From Eledone cirrhosa (taxonomy: Eukaryota), in assembly GCA_964016885.1 (NCBI GenBank), contig OZ024741.1:175336001-175400000 (forward strand): a stretch of 64,000 nucleotides of DNA, in the 5' to 3' direction. How positions within the stretch are numbered: the stretch's first letter is position 1; every line of letters begins with the position of its first letter. Positions 20,472 through 33,869 of the stretch are shown here, piece after piece. The notes under the pieces are model-generated. The model had not been told where the DNA came from, did no database searches, and was given only the letters and a program-made list of their open reading frames with translations. The position numbers and the translations under genes are program-made.

Positions 20472-21169
20472 GCTACATATATATATGTGTATATATATAT
20501 ATGTATATATATATATGTATATATATGTATATACATATATATATATGTGTGTGTGTCTGTGTGTATGTAAACATAAATATATATACGTACACCCTTTCAG
20601 AATATATGACAATATGGAATAATTAGGGTGGTAGTGGAAAACCAGTTTACGGGTTTACATTTTCTCAAAAAAAGGAGGTATTATTTCAATTTATGTGCTC
20701 CATTGCATTAATGCAATCTCCTTTTCCTAACTCATAACCGATATATTTTAGTTTTGTATCTGCAAACATAAATCGTGCGTTTTAATTTGAAAGAGGATTT
20801 ATTTTTGAAAAAAATAGTTAAAAAAATACATGTGATGAAAACCGGGAATTCGATTAAGATACATAAATGTACAAAATAAAAATATTAATATTTTATATTT
20901 TTGGTGTTGTTTCGTTTTGTTTATGGAAACGTTAATTTAAAAGAATCACGCAATGTCGAGAAGGGTGAAATATAAGAAAAATTACGCCCGAACTGGCCGT
21001 TTTGCAAGTAATCACGCGAAGAAATTTGAAGAATATCACTACTATTTATATAGGATTTTATGCTTATGTATGTATATATGTATGAATGGATGTGTTTATA
21101 TATATACGTACATATACACATATATATATTTACATATATAGACATATATATATATACATATATATGCAT

Positions 21170-21239
<70 letters not shown>

Positions 21240-21296
21240 ATGTGTGTATGTATGTATGTGTGTATGTATACATCTATCTATCTGTATATATATATA

Positions 21297-21357
<61 letters not shown>

Positions 21358-22159
21358 TACATGTGTGTGTGTGATATAGAAAATGGTGGAAAATAAAGTT
21401 AGCCGTAGCAATAAAACAAGAATGAACAAAAAATACCCCCCCCCCCCCAAAAAAAAAATACCCAAAACATCAAACAAAATAACTCATTTAAAATAATATT
21501 ACTTCACATGCTAAAATAGCCAATATGAATAAAGAAACAAATAAGAAAAACGAAAATGAACAAGAATCCAAACCAACTTTCATCCTACGATCAACTACTT
21601 GAACCCTTTCGACATCAGATCGTGACGTTGGTGAGAATTGACTTCTGTGACATGTCTATTATTTCAGAACATTCAATGGTTTTACTATTTCATTCAACGA
21701 CCCAGCGGTCACCAATGGTTTGAGTATTAACTTCAGTAAAACAGGGTCACGATATCGTGGCAGAAATGCTGACCTCAAACTAAATTATCTTCGCCACAAA
21801 AGAATTGAAAAGAAATGTTTATTTTTTCATTTGGCAACCTAATGTTTATTGTACGTAATGTCTAAGATAAATATAGGACTTTGCTTAATAGAATAATTAT
21901 AGCTAGCTTTTTATATAATCTTTTCTATTTTATTATTTTAATGGTTCCAGCCATTAGATTGCAGCCGTGTCAAGGGACACCAAATGTTTATGTGATCATA
22001 TCGCCTCATGGTCCTTATCTTTTCGAGTTTTGCACTTGTTTCATCGATTCCTATTTGCTGAACTATTAAATTTCATGGCAAGAACAAGCAGCACCGGTTA
22101 CGTAGTATAGGCACACACTCAGAAACGAATACGCATACACGCACGCATACATATATATA

Positions 22160-22720
22160 ACGGATTTCCACAAAGTTTCCGCCTACCGAATTTCACTTAC
22201 AGGGTATTGTTCAACACGTGACTACAATAAAAGAGACATACTCAAAGTGTTACGCCGTTGGACTGATCCCCAAACCATGTGGTTGCAAAAATTGTTAACC
22301 ACGCAACCATGCATGTTCCTTTATTGGTTTTATTTTTACTGTTTAGTCAGAAAGTAACAAACGGCGTCTATAGCACTTTTTAAGGATCCTGAGACTGTTA
22401 GAAAGCAGATTTGGAAAATAAGGATCTTCAACCCTGGGACGTGGCCCGAATGCTTGCCTCAGAATGGCTTCCAATAAAGGCATGGAACTACCAGGCGAGG
22501 GTGTTAAACCGAATGACGGATCAAGTATACCAACCGATTGGGACATAGTGGGATTTAAACTCAGAACGCAAAAAACCCGAACAAATACTGTAAGACATCT
22601 TGTCCGACACTCTAGTGATCCTGCGCCGCTCCAACTAGTGAAAACCGGTAGTTATTTTACCAAATGAGTTCAACTTTATTTTCCATCCACCTATTGTCGA
22701 TAAAATAAAGCACTCATTCA
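22160..22720. mobile_element. Old, diverged SINE remnants
   Basis: tRNA-like head on minus strand near 22250-22310; core-like TTCCATCC..GTCGATAAAATAAAG at 22680-22715. Confidence 0.5.
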
Positions 22721-23671
22721 ATAATGGAGTTGATTCGTCTCTGTCTTACGACCACTACCCCTCTCACGCTTTTTTCTAAATCTCTCTAGCTTGTAGCTTT
22801 AGTTTAAAGATCCAGCCCTGTCACATTCTGCTATGCTGATTTGGACCGAGAATTACATTAAAAAGTACACGTGTATGTGGAATTATCAGCCTCTTACAAA
22901 TTAATTTCAGGAGTAGCAAGTAATGCTCATCTCGAGACCGATGAAGAATACACTATTCTCAGAGCAGTTTAGTAGGCCTTCTGCAGGCTCATTGTAGTAA
23001 TTGAATCCAAAGAAAAAAATAACACATTAACCTCAGAGAACTTGTGACGCTTCCTTGTTACATTGTATTCTGTCACTACTACGACCAGCTTTGGTCCTCG
23101 GAAATAGGTAGAGTACACATCCAACAAACTTGTATGACTTATTCCCGTAAACCTTACGCACGATTCCCCTCGATGCCTCCACATAAATCCCCTTCTCCAC
23201 AAGACGTCTGAGTGTCAAGCTTTGATTTGTTTTGTCCTGCAGATGCCAACTAAGAAAATATATACAAAATGGGCATCAATCATATCAATTTCCTCAGAAT
23301 CAGATGACCTTCGAATTTCATGAGACCGTCCTTTTCATATGACTAAAAGATAACGAAATCAAACCTAGAACCACCACCCCAAAGACATATCTTCTATTCA
23401 TGCTCTCTGTTTACAACTAGATGGACCAATTCAGTGAAAGTTAACTGTCCTAAATATAAGATAGAATACAAATGCAGTGACAGAGTATTAATTAGAAACA
23501 TTTTGATTGGTCGATCAATATTTTTTTTATTAGTCAGATAAAGTTAGTCATTACATTAGAGTGATAGTCTGGATTCAGTGTCTTAACATCACCATCCTGT
23601 CATTGGATGCCCCTCTATACAAGCTTTTGGACTATGACTTCGTTGTCGGGGCTCCGGTTGAAGAAAGGAAT

Positions 23672-24191
23672 AGGCTACGTAGCCGGTCCCGGCAAAATAG
23701 ACAAACATGCTTTTAAAGCTTATTTTACCGGTAAACCTTAAAGGAACGCAACTCTAGCCGGGGTCCCGGAAGCTTATTTTACCACTAAATAATAAATTGT
23801 GTTTTAGAACCCAGATAGTGACTGCTATCTTTAACCTAGGTCGTGACTTTCTGCTAAGATTCATAATTTCGAAAATATTTGACTTTCTGCTAAAATTCTT
23901 AATTTCGAAAATATTTGGCTCCGCTAAAATTCTTAAGCCATGGAACTCAGTAGATGTGTATGTATGTAACTAAAACGTAACATATGTTACGAATGAACAA
24001 AACACAAGCAGAATTATAATAAGATGATGACTAAAGGATTTTAATTTGTTTTTTAACAATTGATTGATGGTGGACAATATTTCAAATTGTCTTAACAATT
24101 GTCTTAACTCAGACCGTAACTCATGGTGTCTGACATTCTTACCGGCTAAATAGCCTGGGTGTCTATTTTACCGGGACCAGCTCCATAACCT
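23672..24191. mobile_element. Non-autonomous DNA transposon (MITE) with ~32-bp TIRs
   Basis: AGGCTACGTAGCCGGTCCCGGCAAAATAGACA versus TGTCTATTTTACCGGGACCAGCTCCATAACCT (27/32 match); no clear TSD. Confidence 0.65.
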
Positions 24192-25223
24192 CTTCGTTAA
24201 ATAAATGTATAAATGTTCATGGACACTGTCTCCGGTTGGAAGATAACTCTTTTTCGATCAACAAGACGGAGGCGGGATACAGAAAAAAAAAAAAGAATTG
24301 ACATGATTAATAGAGTAACTGATTTGTGAAACCCATAATGATGCAACGAGGCCGTATTTAAATAATTCAAGCCACTATTGATTGACTCATCATATGATGT
24401 TTATTTTATATTTGTTGCGATAATTCTTAAAGTAATGCCAACAAATATATATACTTTTCGACTAAAGACGACTTGTCACAACGACAACAAAACACTTTAT
24501 ATGAAAATAATAAAAAAAACATCAAAATATAAATCGGACTTGTGTTATGAAAAATATTGGCGTACTTATTAACATAAAAAAAGAAAATTGCTTTCTTTTA
24601 TAAATCAAATTGTCTAGCCAGTAGTTCGGCAGGAATTCATACAATATAAAATATTTCTTTAACACATACCCATATGTATGTATATGTATGAATGTATGTT
24701 TGTGAGAGAGTTTTTGTGTCTAAATTCAATTGGTGAATACTTTTGTCTTGTTTAGTTTTCATGTTTTTACATTGAGAATTCTTTACAAAAACACTACAAG
24801 TCTTACTGTGAAAACTAGCAGGTACCTCATAAATCTGTCAGATATTTTGAAAAGAAAAACAAACACCGAATCATATGGCACATCTGACATTGGTAAATTT
24901 ATTACCACCCCCTACCACCCCCACACACAAACACGCCCCTTCCCTCGCACACAGACACGCCCCCCCATATACACACATAGCAATAGTTTCACTTATCCGT
25001 GCATTATCGTCGATTAAATTAGGCGTACGAAAGCACGTTTATCTCTTCAGGTATGATAGGAGTATCACATTAAAGCTGTAGTACATTTCGTATGAAACGT
25101 CCTCTACGCTGGAAAGGGCTGGTAAGAGAGATGGAGAGAGAGAGAGGGAGAGAGAGAGGAGGGTGGTGTTAGCGGAAATGTGAGACTTAAACAAAATTCC
25201 GGTCGATTATATTATTAGCGCGC

Positions 25224-25299
<76 letters not shown>

Positions 25300-25305
<6 letters not shown>

Positions 25306-27745
25306 AGATCAAACGATGGTTAAAAGAGTTCCAAGTATTTTATTATGCGCATTTCAAAAACAAATATCATCATGGGATGATATCTGCGTTCTCATCAGAT
25401 AAAATAGGGATACATGATATGAAGCTTAAAAAACACTTGTGCATAGTGAAGTTTTAAATCAACATATGAAAAATAAATTAAGATTGATGTATGAGATTAG
25501 GAAAAAGTGAGCGGGGGTTGGAAAAGGTAAGGAAGAGGAAGAGATGAGAGTAAAGAATGGTGGGGGAGGAGTATAAGAAGGAAGGATGAGAGAGGAGGAG
25601 AGATGGGTGATAAAGAGAGAGAGATAGCCTTTACAACTGAGAAAATAGTATATATTGTCTCACAGAGAGAAATTAAAAGCCGTTGGAAGATAAGAGATAA
25701 TTTAAAAGAATTTGAAATTAAAAGTTAATGAGGTTTATGCATGAAGAGAAAAAGGAATTAAGAATAATATTAAATTAAGGTTTGTATATTGAAGGGTTTA
25801 ATAATATGTGCGAGGAAAAGAAATTATTAATATGTATTATTAAAATAAAAATATTAATGTTATTAAGGATATAATGTGAAAAGAAGGAGAAGAATGAATG
25901 AGTTATGAATTTAGAAGAATTAGTCAGGGTTTAAGTTTGTTTTTATGTAATGTAATATGTGTACGTAATATGTGTACGTAAATAGCTTGTTTAAAAATGA
26001 GCGCAGAAGGCAAAGAAGAAAAGCATGTTTAAGGAAGAAAATATCTAACATCAAAAAATATATATGTTTACGAAATATTTTCTAATGGTAATAATATAAT
26101 ATATTAAAAGAAATTAGTTAGGGTTTAAGTTTGTTTTTATGTATTGTAATATGTAAAAGTCAAATTAAGTATTAGTTTAAAACGAGCCTGAAAGGATGGA
26201 TGAGATAAAAGAAATTTAAGGAAGAAAAAAATTTAACGTCAAAAAAATTATATGTTTATGAAGGACTTCTAATGGTAATACTATAATGTATTAAAAAAAA
26301 TAACAATTTCAATTCTATAATAAATAGACGCACGGATTTATTTTCTCTCTGCTTGCATAAATTCCACAGAACATTCCATAAAGTATACAGCTAATATCTA
26401 ATACCTTACTAGTTTAAAATCCTTTTTCTCAAAGGCTTATATATCTTTTACAAATATACCCATCTTTCAACCTTATTTCAATATTATTTATTATATATTA
26501 TATAATACAATTTACTTATTCTAAATCATTCCTATTTATCATTTTCCTTTCTTCCTCTTTTCTTTTTAATTTCTAACCTTTAATCTGTACCTTTTCTTCC
26601 TAACTACTTCTCAATTCTTATTATTACTCACCACAACATTATCCATTCTTCCATCTTTCCTCATATCATTGGCCATAAAAATAATTATTTTTTTAATACA
26701 TTATAGTATTACGATTAGAAGTCCTTCATAAACGTATAATTTTTTGACGTTAGATTTTTTCTTCCTTAAATTTCTCTTATCTCATCCATCCTTTCAGGCT
26801 CGTTTTAAACTAATACTTAATTTGACTTTTACATATTACAATACATAAAAACAAACTTAAACCCTAACTAATTTCTTTTAATATATTATATTATTACCAT
26901 TAGAAAATATTTCGTAAACATATATATTTTTTGATGTTAGATATTTTCTTCCTTAAACATTCTTTTCTTCTTTGCCTTCTGCGCTCATTTTTAAACAAGC
27001 TATTCACGTACACATATTACGTACACATATTACATTACATAAAAACAAACTTAAACCCTAACTAATTCCTCTAAATTCATAACTCATTCATTCTTCTCCT
27101 TCTTTTCACATTATATCCTTAATAACATTAATATTTTTATTTTAATAATACATATTAATAATTTCTTTTCCTCGCACATATTATTAAACCCTTCAATATA
27201 CAAACCTTAATTTAATATTATTCTTAATTCCTTTTTCTCTTCATGCATAAACCTCATTAACTTTTAATTACAAATTCTTTTAAATTATCTCTTATCTTCC
27301 AACGGCTTTTTAATTTCTCTCTGTGAGACATTATATACTTTTTTCTCAGTTGTAAAGGCTATCTCTCTCTCTCTCTATCACCCATCTCTCCTCCTCTCTC
27401 GTCCTTTCTTCTTATACTCCTCCTCCATCATTCTTTACTCACATCTCTTCCTCTTCCTTACCGTTTCCAACCCCCGCTCACTTTTTCCCAATCTCATACA
27501 TCAATCTTAATTTATTTTTCATATGTTAATTTAAAACTTCACTATTCACAAGTGTTTTTTAAGCTTCATATCATGTATCCCTATTTTATTTGATGAGAAC
27601 GCAGATATCCCATGATAATATTTGTTTTTGAAATGCGCATAATAAAATAATTGGAACTCTTTTAACCATCTTTTGATCTTATATTATTTATACTCCAGTC
27701 CTTAAACTGTAGAGTGGTACTTATCCGATATTTATCTCCTACATT
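25300..27745. mobile_element. 5'-truncated PLE family A end with ~1-kb inverted pseudo-LTR
   Basis: 25300-26303 is the reverse complement of 26685-27685; spacer encodes INRRTDLFSLCLHK (PLE ORF C-terminus); HHR in each arm. Confidence 0.85.
25336..25406 (-). ncRNA. Type I HHR (intact core); mirror copy with TTGATGA at 27582-27649 (+)
   Basis: TATTTTAT-CTGATGA-GAACGCAGATATCATC..GATGATATTTGTTTTT-GAAA-TGCGCA-TA/ATAAAATA. Confidence 0.82.
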
Positions 27746-27906
27746 ATATATATATATATATATATAAGTTAAAACAATGAAATAAAAAGTCATTAGAGAT
27801 ATACTTCCCTGCTTTACGATCGTTTCTAGATGGTGATAATACATTGTATCTATACTCAGTTATTGATCTATGTAAGTTTACAAACTATCAGATAGAGAGA
27901 AATACC

Positions 27907-27958
<52 letters not shown>

Positions 27959-27970
27959 AAGATATTTATT

Positions 27971-28032
27971 TATTCTATTATATATATTTCAAGGGTACCA
28001 AAAACTTTGGTACGCTTTCATCAGATAAAATA
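27971..28032 (-). ncRNA. Minimal type I HHR in an inverted segment upstream of the PLE at 28050
   Basis: TATTTTAT-CTGATGA-AAGCGTACCAAA GTT TTTGGTACCCTT-GAAA-TATATA-TA/ATAGAATA. Confidence 0.8.
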
Positions 28033-28049
28033 CAAAGTGTGTTTTATAA

Positions 28050-30507
28050 ATTTTCACATAGCCAAGGAAACATACCTTATCAGTTGAATATTCCTTGGTC
28101 TAATACTTTCCCATACCACCATAGGCCATAACTTATATAGATTAAGGAAAGACTTAATAAAAACCTTCGCTAGTTTTAATCTTAAAATTACTATTGACAC
28201 TAACCTTTCCAATGTAGATTTCCTAGATATAAACCTAGATTTGCCTACTGCTTCTTATAAACCATACCATAAACCTAATGAAAACTTAAAATATATAAAT
28301 AAAGGCTATTGCCATCCTCCTATAGTTTTTAAAAACCTTATCCCTAATATTAGCCGTAGGATCTCCACCCTCTCTTCCTGAGAAGCTATTTTTAATAAGG
28401 CATCCCCCTACTATAATAAAGCCCTCCAAAATAGCGGTTTTAGCGAACCGATTAAATACATACCCAACTATACTAAATCTATTAAACATAAAAACAGGAA
28501 AAGAAAAATAATCTGGTTCACACCCCCTACTCTCTAGCAGTTAAAACTAATGTAGGCAAAAAATTCCTAGAGCTCCTAGATAAACATTTCTCTAGAACAC
28601 ATAGATACTATAAGATCTTTAACAGAAACTGTGTCAAAATTAGTTATTCCTGCAGTCCCCCTATTAAGTCCTATATCATCAACAAAAAATCACCTAGAGA
28701 AAATCAAACTTGCTCCTGTAGAATCAAAAGTGAATGCCCATTAGAAGGTAAATGCAACACCAAAGCCATTGTATATGCGGCTAAAGTGACAACCATCAGC
28801 AACAACCATCCAGCCACCAGTGAACGATATGTGGGTATGACGCAAGACAATTCAAAACGCGTTATTACTCATATGTCGCATCCTTTCGACATCCAGAAAA
28901 AAGATTTACAACAGCTCTAGCTAGCAGAATTTGGGATTTGAAAGACCAAGGCATCCAATATAAATTGGATTGGTCAATTTTGAACCAATCTAAAGAATAT
29001 GCAAGAGGAACAAGAAAATGCACGCTCTGCATAAGTGAAAAATATTGGATCTTGCAAAATGTTAAATCACCAAAGACCTGCCTGAACACAAAGACGGAAA
29101 TTTTCACCAGTTGCCCACACATGAAATCACACCTGCTTTTCAGCTCATATAAACTTAACATTCAGATACTTATCCTCCATAAACTCTTATTATTCTCTTT
29201 ATAATTACCCTTTCTGATTTACTTTCATTTTTATCCCTATTATTAATTTCATTTATTTTTATTTTTATTTTTATTTTTATTTTTATTTTTATTTTTATTT
29301 TTATTTTTATTTTTATATATTTTTTTTATTTTTACTTCACATCCACCAATAACCCCCCCCCCTTTATTCTCCGATTCACTTACCTAATATCTTAACTTTC
29401 AATTTTTACTTCCCTATTTCCTTCACTAACTGATTACACAGTTCACTTGCGTTTTCCACTCCCGATATTTTTTATTCTTATTTTTATTTTTATTTTTGCG
29501 CAGCCAATCTTACAATTTTATATTTGTACTTACTTATCCACAAGTTTTTTTACACCCTGTATCTATGTGTCTGAACGCCTTAATGTGCGTATACTTTCTA
29601 TATATGTACATGAGCGCCTACGTATGCGCGCGCGCGTGCGTGTATATATATATATGTATGTGTATATGTATGTGTCTTTATATCCGTGTTTTTACATCTA
29701 GGTTTTATGTTTTGTTTCTTTTTTCTTCTCCCCTTTTTTTACATCCTAATTTTTATGCGTGTGCATGCAAACAGGTAAGTATGTGTGTGTGCGTGCGTGT
29801 GTGTACGTATCGAACGTATGGATGTGTAAGTGTGCGTGTGTATATAAGCATGCATATTTTTGCGTTTCTTTTGTGAGATATACGTGTGTGTGTATGCGTG
29901 TACCTTGTTTGTCTTCTTTTCTTTAATTTTTTCTTTCTAAATTATTGTTCCATTTTTATAAATATATCGAGATTGATACTTTCCTTTAATTATTACACTC
30001 CCTTACCTCTTTTACTTCCACATATAAGTGTACGTGTGTGTAGGTGTGTTTATGCGCGGGCCTTCATATTCTTATGATGTATCTATTCTGTCTGTAGATT
30101 ACAGATACACAGATACATTTGCCCTAAATTATATATTTCCGCACACTTTTTCACTATACGTATACATATGTGCATACACATATATGCACATCTGTGAGCG
30201 TATATACATACATATACACACACCTAACTATATTTCTTGAAAGATTTTTATATATTTCATATTCTAATTCATTTGTCTATATCTTTTTTGCTTTTCTTGA
30301 TGAGACTTTCCAAGTATTTACCCATGTTTTATATTGCCTCGTCTGACGAACGAATGAAGACGTTTCTTTCGTATTCGCCTCATTCGGGAAACCTCTGGTA
30401 ATGAGGTAATTATATTGTATTGATTTTTATACATTAAATTTTGCTCTGGTACTTACATAGAGCACTCTTCACTTCTATGACCTTTTCTGTTTTCAACGGA
30501 AATTTCA

Positions 30508-30510
<3 letters not shown>
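28050..30510 (+). mobile_element. PLE family A 3' portion (RT C-terminus, GIY-YIG, long 3' UTR)
   Basis: VDFLDINLDL, KIIWFTPP, CPLEGKC..IVYAAKV..YVGMT, CTLCISEK..LNTKTEIFTSCPH. Confidence 0.9.
30333..30410 (+). ncRNA. Type I HHR with 10-bp stem I and extended stem II
   Basis: ATTGCCTCGT-CTGACGA-ACGAATGA..TCATTCGG-GAAAC-CTCTG-GTA/ATGAGGTAAT. Confidence 0.82.
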
Positions 30511-30571
<61 letters not shown>

Positions 30572-30579
<8 letters not shown>

Positions 30580-32408
30580 TTTGTGAAATGGGTGGTGGTT
30601 GAAATTCAGTTGTGTACAGTTAAATGGTAGTAGACGTGGTCGGACGGACATGAAAATTTACACACCTATGTAAAAAGTGCAAAGGAACCAAATAGACGAG
30701 GTTTCTAACTTGAAAAATGTGGTTCCTAGGGCCCCAAAACGGTCTATTTACTATCGCTTTCGGTGAGTTATTTCCCCTGTTTTCATTTCAACGCCAATGT
30801 ATACAATGAGGCCCTCATTGACATGGATAAACGTCTACGATCTGTTGGAGTTGGCGGTGTATTAGAATTCGGTTTGCCACAACCTGTACATAAAGACGGT
30901 GCTTTAGATGTGGAGTTCATGCTTGAGTTGAATTACATCATCGAGGAATTGACAGATAAGGTTGCTCAAGATGAACCCAGATTTTAGCCTGAGCAGAGAC
31001 GGGCGTATGACAGAATTCTTGCCAGTGTTATTTCAAATGAGGGATGGCTATTCTTCTTGGATGCTCCAGGCGGAACAGGAAAAACCTTTCTCAAAAACCT
31101 ACTGCTTGCGAAGCTGCGGAAAGACAGGCAGATTGCTTTAGCGGTCGCCTCAAGTGGTATTGCGGCGAAACTGTTACATGGCGGTCGTACGGCACACTCC
31201 GCATTCCAATTGCCTATAGACTTTGCAAAGAAGGAGAATCCTACCTGCAGAATAAATCGTGGAGACTCTAAAGGATACCTTCTTTCTGAGTGCTGTTTAA
31301 TCATTTGGGACGAGGCTACAATGAGTCACAAGGCAGCGTTTGGGGCTCTAGACCGAACTCTCAAGGACTTGCGTCGAAATTCACACGTAATGGGTGGAGC
31401 GACAGTACAGATGGTTGGCGATATTTGGCAGACTCTTCCTGTAATCACTAGAGGCACTAGAGCTGACGAAATTAACGCATGCATCAAGTCTTCCTACGTA
31501 TGGCAGTATGTCCAGAAACTAAACCTGACTACTAACATGAGAGTGCATGTGCATGGCGACGCAGAATCTGAGGATTTCTCAAAACAGCTACTGGAAGTTG
31601 GTAATGGAACTACACCTGGAATCGATGAACAGCACATCCGTCTGCCGTTTGGAAACTTTGTATCAAGGAATTAATGTCATCTGTTTTCCCCGACCTCGAG
31701 GCACGATTCCTTGATCACAACTGGCTGTAAGGGAGAGCTATTTTAGCACCACATAATGCCACCGTTGACGCAATGAATCAACACCTGCTTGATCAGATTC
31801 CAGGAGGTGAAGTCTCATTCAAGTCAATTGACACCAACAAAAACGCGGACGGCGCCGTCAACTATCCGATTGAATTCCGCAACAGTCAACAACCTCCCAG
31901 ACTTCCACCTCATGACCTTAGACTGAAGGTTGGTGTTCCAGTTATGCTGCTAAGAAACGTGGAACCACCAGAACTATGCAACGGGACGCGTCTGATCATC
32001 AAAAAAATTGGGACACGAATTTTTACGACAAAAATTCTGAGCCGACCGTCTACTGGCGGGACAAAGTTATTATCCTCCATAAGCCTTAGTCCCTCTGATG
32101 TCCCATTTAATTTTACGAGACGGCAGTTTCCCGTAAAACTCTGCTTTGCAATGAGTATCAACAAGGCACAGGGACAGTCGCTGCAAATAGTTGGCCTAAA
32201 TCTGACACAGCAGGTATTTACCCACGGCAAACTATACGTCGGGTGCTCACGCATCAGCAGTCTACACAATCTCTACATTTGTGGTAATCCGGGTAATACC
32301 ATTTTTGTTTTTCCTGATACTGCTTCTTTATAATAAACTTTCAATAACATTTTTCAAATTATTAACTTAATAAAAAGTGGCCCCGGGTGCAACCGGGCTC
32401 AGCTACTA

Positions 32409-32409
<1 letters not shown>
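30572..32409 (+). mobile_element. Internally deleted Helitron retaining a PIF1-like helicase pseudogene
   Basis: DAPGGTGKTF, IIWDEATM, GDIWQTLPV, LCNGTRL, RRQFPVKLCFAMSINKAQGQS; 3' hairpin CCCGG GTGCAA CCGGG then CTAG|T. Confidence 0.93.
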
Positions 32410-32469
<60 letters not shown>

Positions 32470-32481
<12 letters not shown>

Positions 32482-33490
32482 AATGGCAATTTCTGTCTGT
32501 TTGTTTGTGAACCTAAAACTCAAAAACTACCAAACCGACCTTGATGAAACTTGACACGTGTATGGGACTCATGCCCACTTGATTTCTTACGTATATTTCA
32601 TTTTAATCAAAGGGTTCCCCGGGGTTCAAACCCCTCTGAGAACCCCCGCTTTTTTCCCATCGATTTATATGAAATTTAAACCATAGGTAAATGACAAGAT
32701 ATGATGCCTATTCACAAAATTTCAGCAAATTTCAATAATATTAGGACACCCTAATGGGGGTTAAACCTCCGATACTGAAAAGTTTAGCCAATAAGTGGAA
32801 CAAGATTTCACGAACTCCACCTATGGTTTTGGAGATAGATCCCCATAACAATATATATTCTGAAACTACATTGCCCAGGGTACTTGGATAAGTATATTTC
32901 ATTTTAATCAAAGGGTTTGGGTTTTTAGAAGTTGGCAGGTCTGCATAGATGTTGTCGAATGGAAAAAAACGGGCAGAAATAGCAGATGCCCATGCAAGAA
33001 GTTTCCTCTTCCCACGCCATATATGTTGTCGAAGAGAGAAAGGGTAGATAACTCCTTGGCAAATTGTTCTTCAAATATAAATTACTTTGTTTTTGTTCTT
33101 GATATCGTTTTTTTATGGTACTCCCCGTTTGAGTTTTTAGAGGTTGGTAGGTCTGAAATACAGTGAGAAAAACTACATTATATCTTTCTAAAATCTTCAT
33201 AGAATGCTGGTAATGTGTTAAATTCTCTCACGAAGCTTCAAAGATGCAGATAACGAATCTCCTACTTTTATGCATAAAGGTTTAAGCTGTAGTAAGAGCT
33301 ATTAATATGGTTTGTGGCATTGGTCTCACGAAAGTTTACAATTTGTCTAAAATCAGAGTTCTTTTCATCTATTTTGGCCCTTGATGGTCGTGGTTTTAAC
33401 ATCTACGAGTTTTAACATCTACGAGTTTTAACATCTACGAGTTTTAACATCTACCAATTTCGTTAAACGCGAGTGAGTCGCAGTAAAGCA
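32470..33490 (+). mobile_element. Probable non-autonomous Helitron remnant
   Basis: TATA-rich start, TCTGTCTGTTTGTTTG and AACCGACCTTGATGAAACTTGACAC motifs resembling Helitron 5' ends; 3' end degenerate. Confidence 0.5.
33393..33454. repeat. 16-bp tandem repeat, about 4 copies (GTTTTAACATCTACGA)
   Basis: Direct reading. Confidence 0.9.
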
Positions 33491-33806
33491 TACATTTCAT
33501 TTTAATATACATATTGTTTTTTTTATTTAGTTAGTTTACATGTTATGTAAAATATATAGTTCTAAACCTAGTTTATCGAGCACCTTGATACGCCCTCTTT
33601 TAAAACATACATAACTGCAGTATTTTGAGCAAACATTTATATCAATAGCGCTGAGTGCAATAGCTAAAACTGTATAAAGTTTCATTTGAGAGGTGAAAGT
33701 TCTTGAAACTTTGCAAGAATATCTATTATACAAACATAACCATGCACGCATAAACGGACCCACGATATAACGTTTGTAAAGAAAAGTCCCCCCCCCCTTC
33801 CACACT

Positions 33807-33846
<40 letters not shown>

Positions 33847-33869
33847 GAGAGAGAGAGAAAGAGAGATAT

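Noticed and set aside
20623-21050. Possible MITE starting TTAGGGTGG
   Set aside because: The matching terminal inverted repeat is too weak to call
21661-21731. Possible small exon after TTTCAG
   Set aside because: Only a generic acceptor-like site and a short frame; no other evidence
27812-27862. HHR-like motif (minus strand CTGAGTA..TAGAT/ATCTA-GAAAC-GATC-GTA)
   Set aside because: Core mismatch and no stem I; probably a decayed HHR, not counted
31057-32333. Host PIF1 helicase gene
   Set aside because: Intronless, disrupted, and bounded by a Helitron 3' hairpin/CTAG
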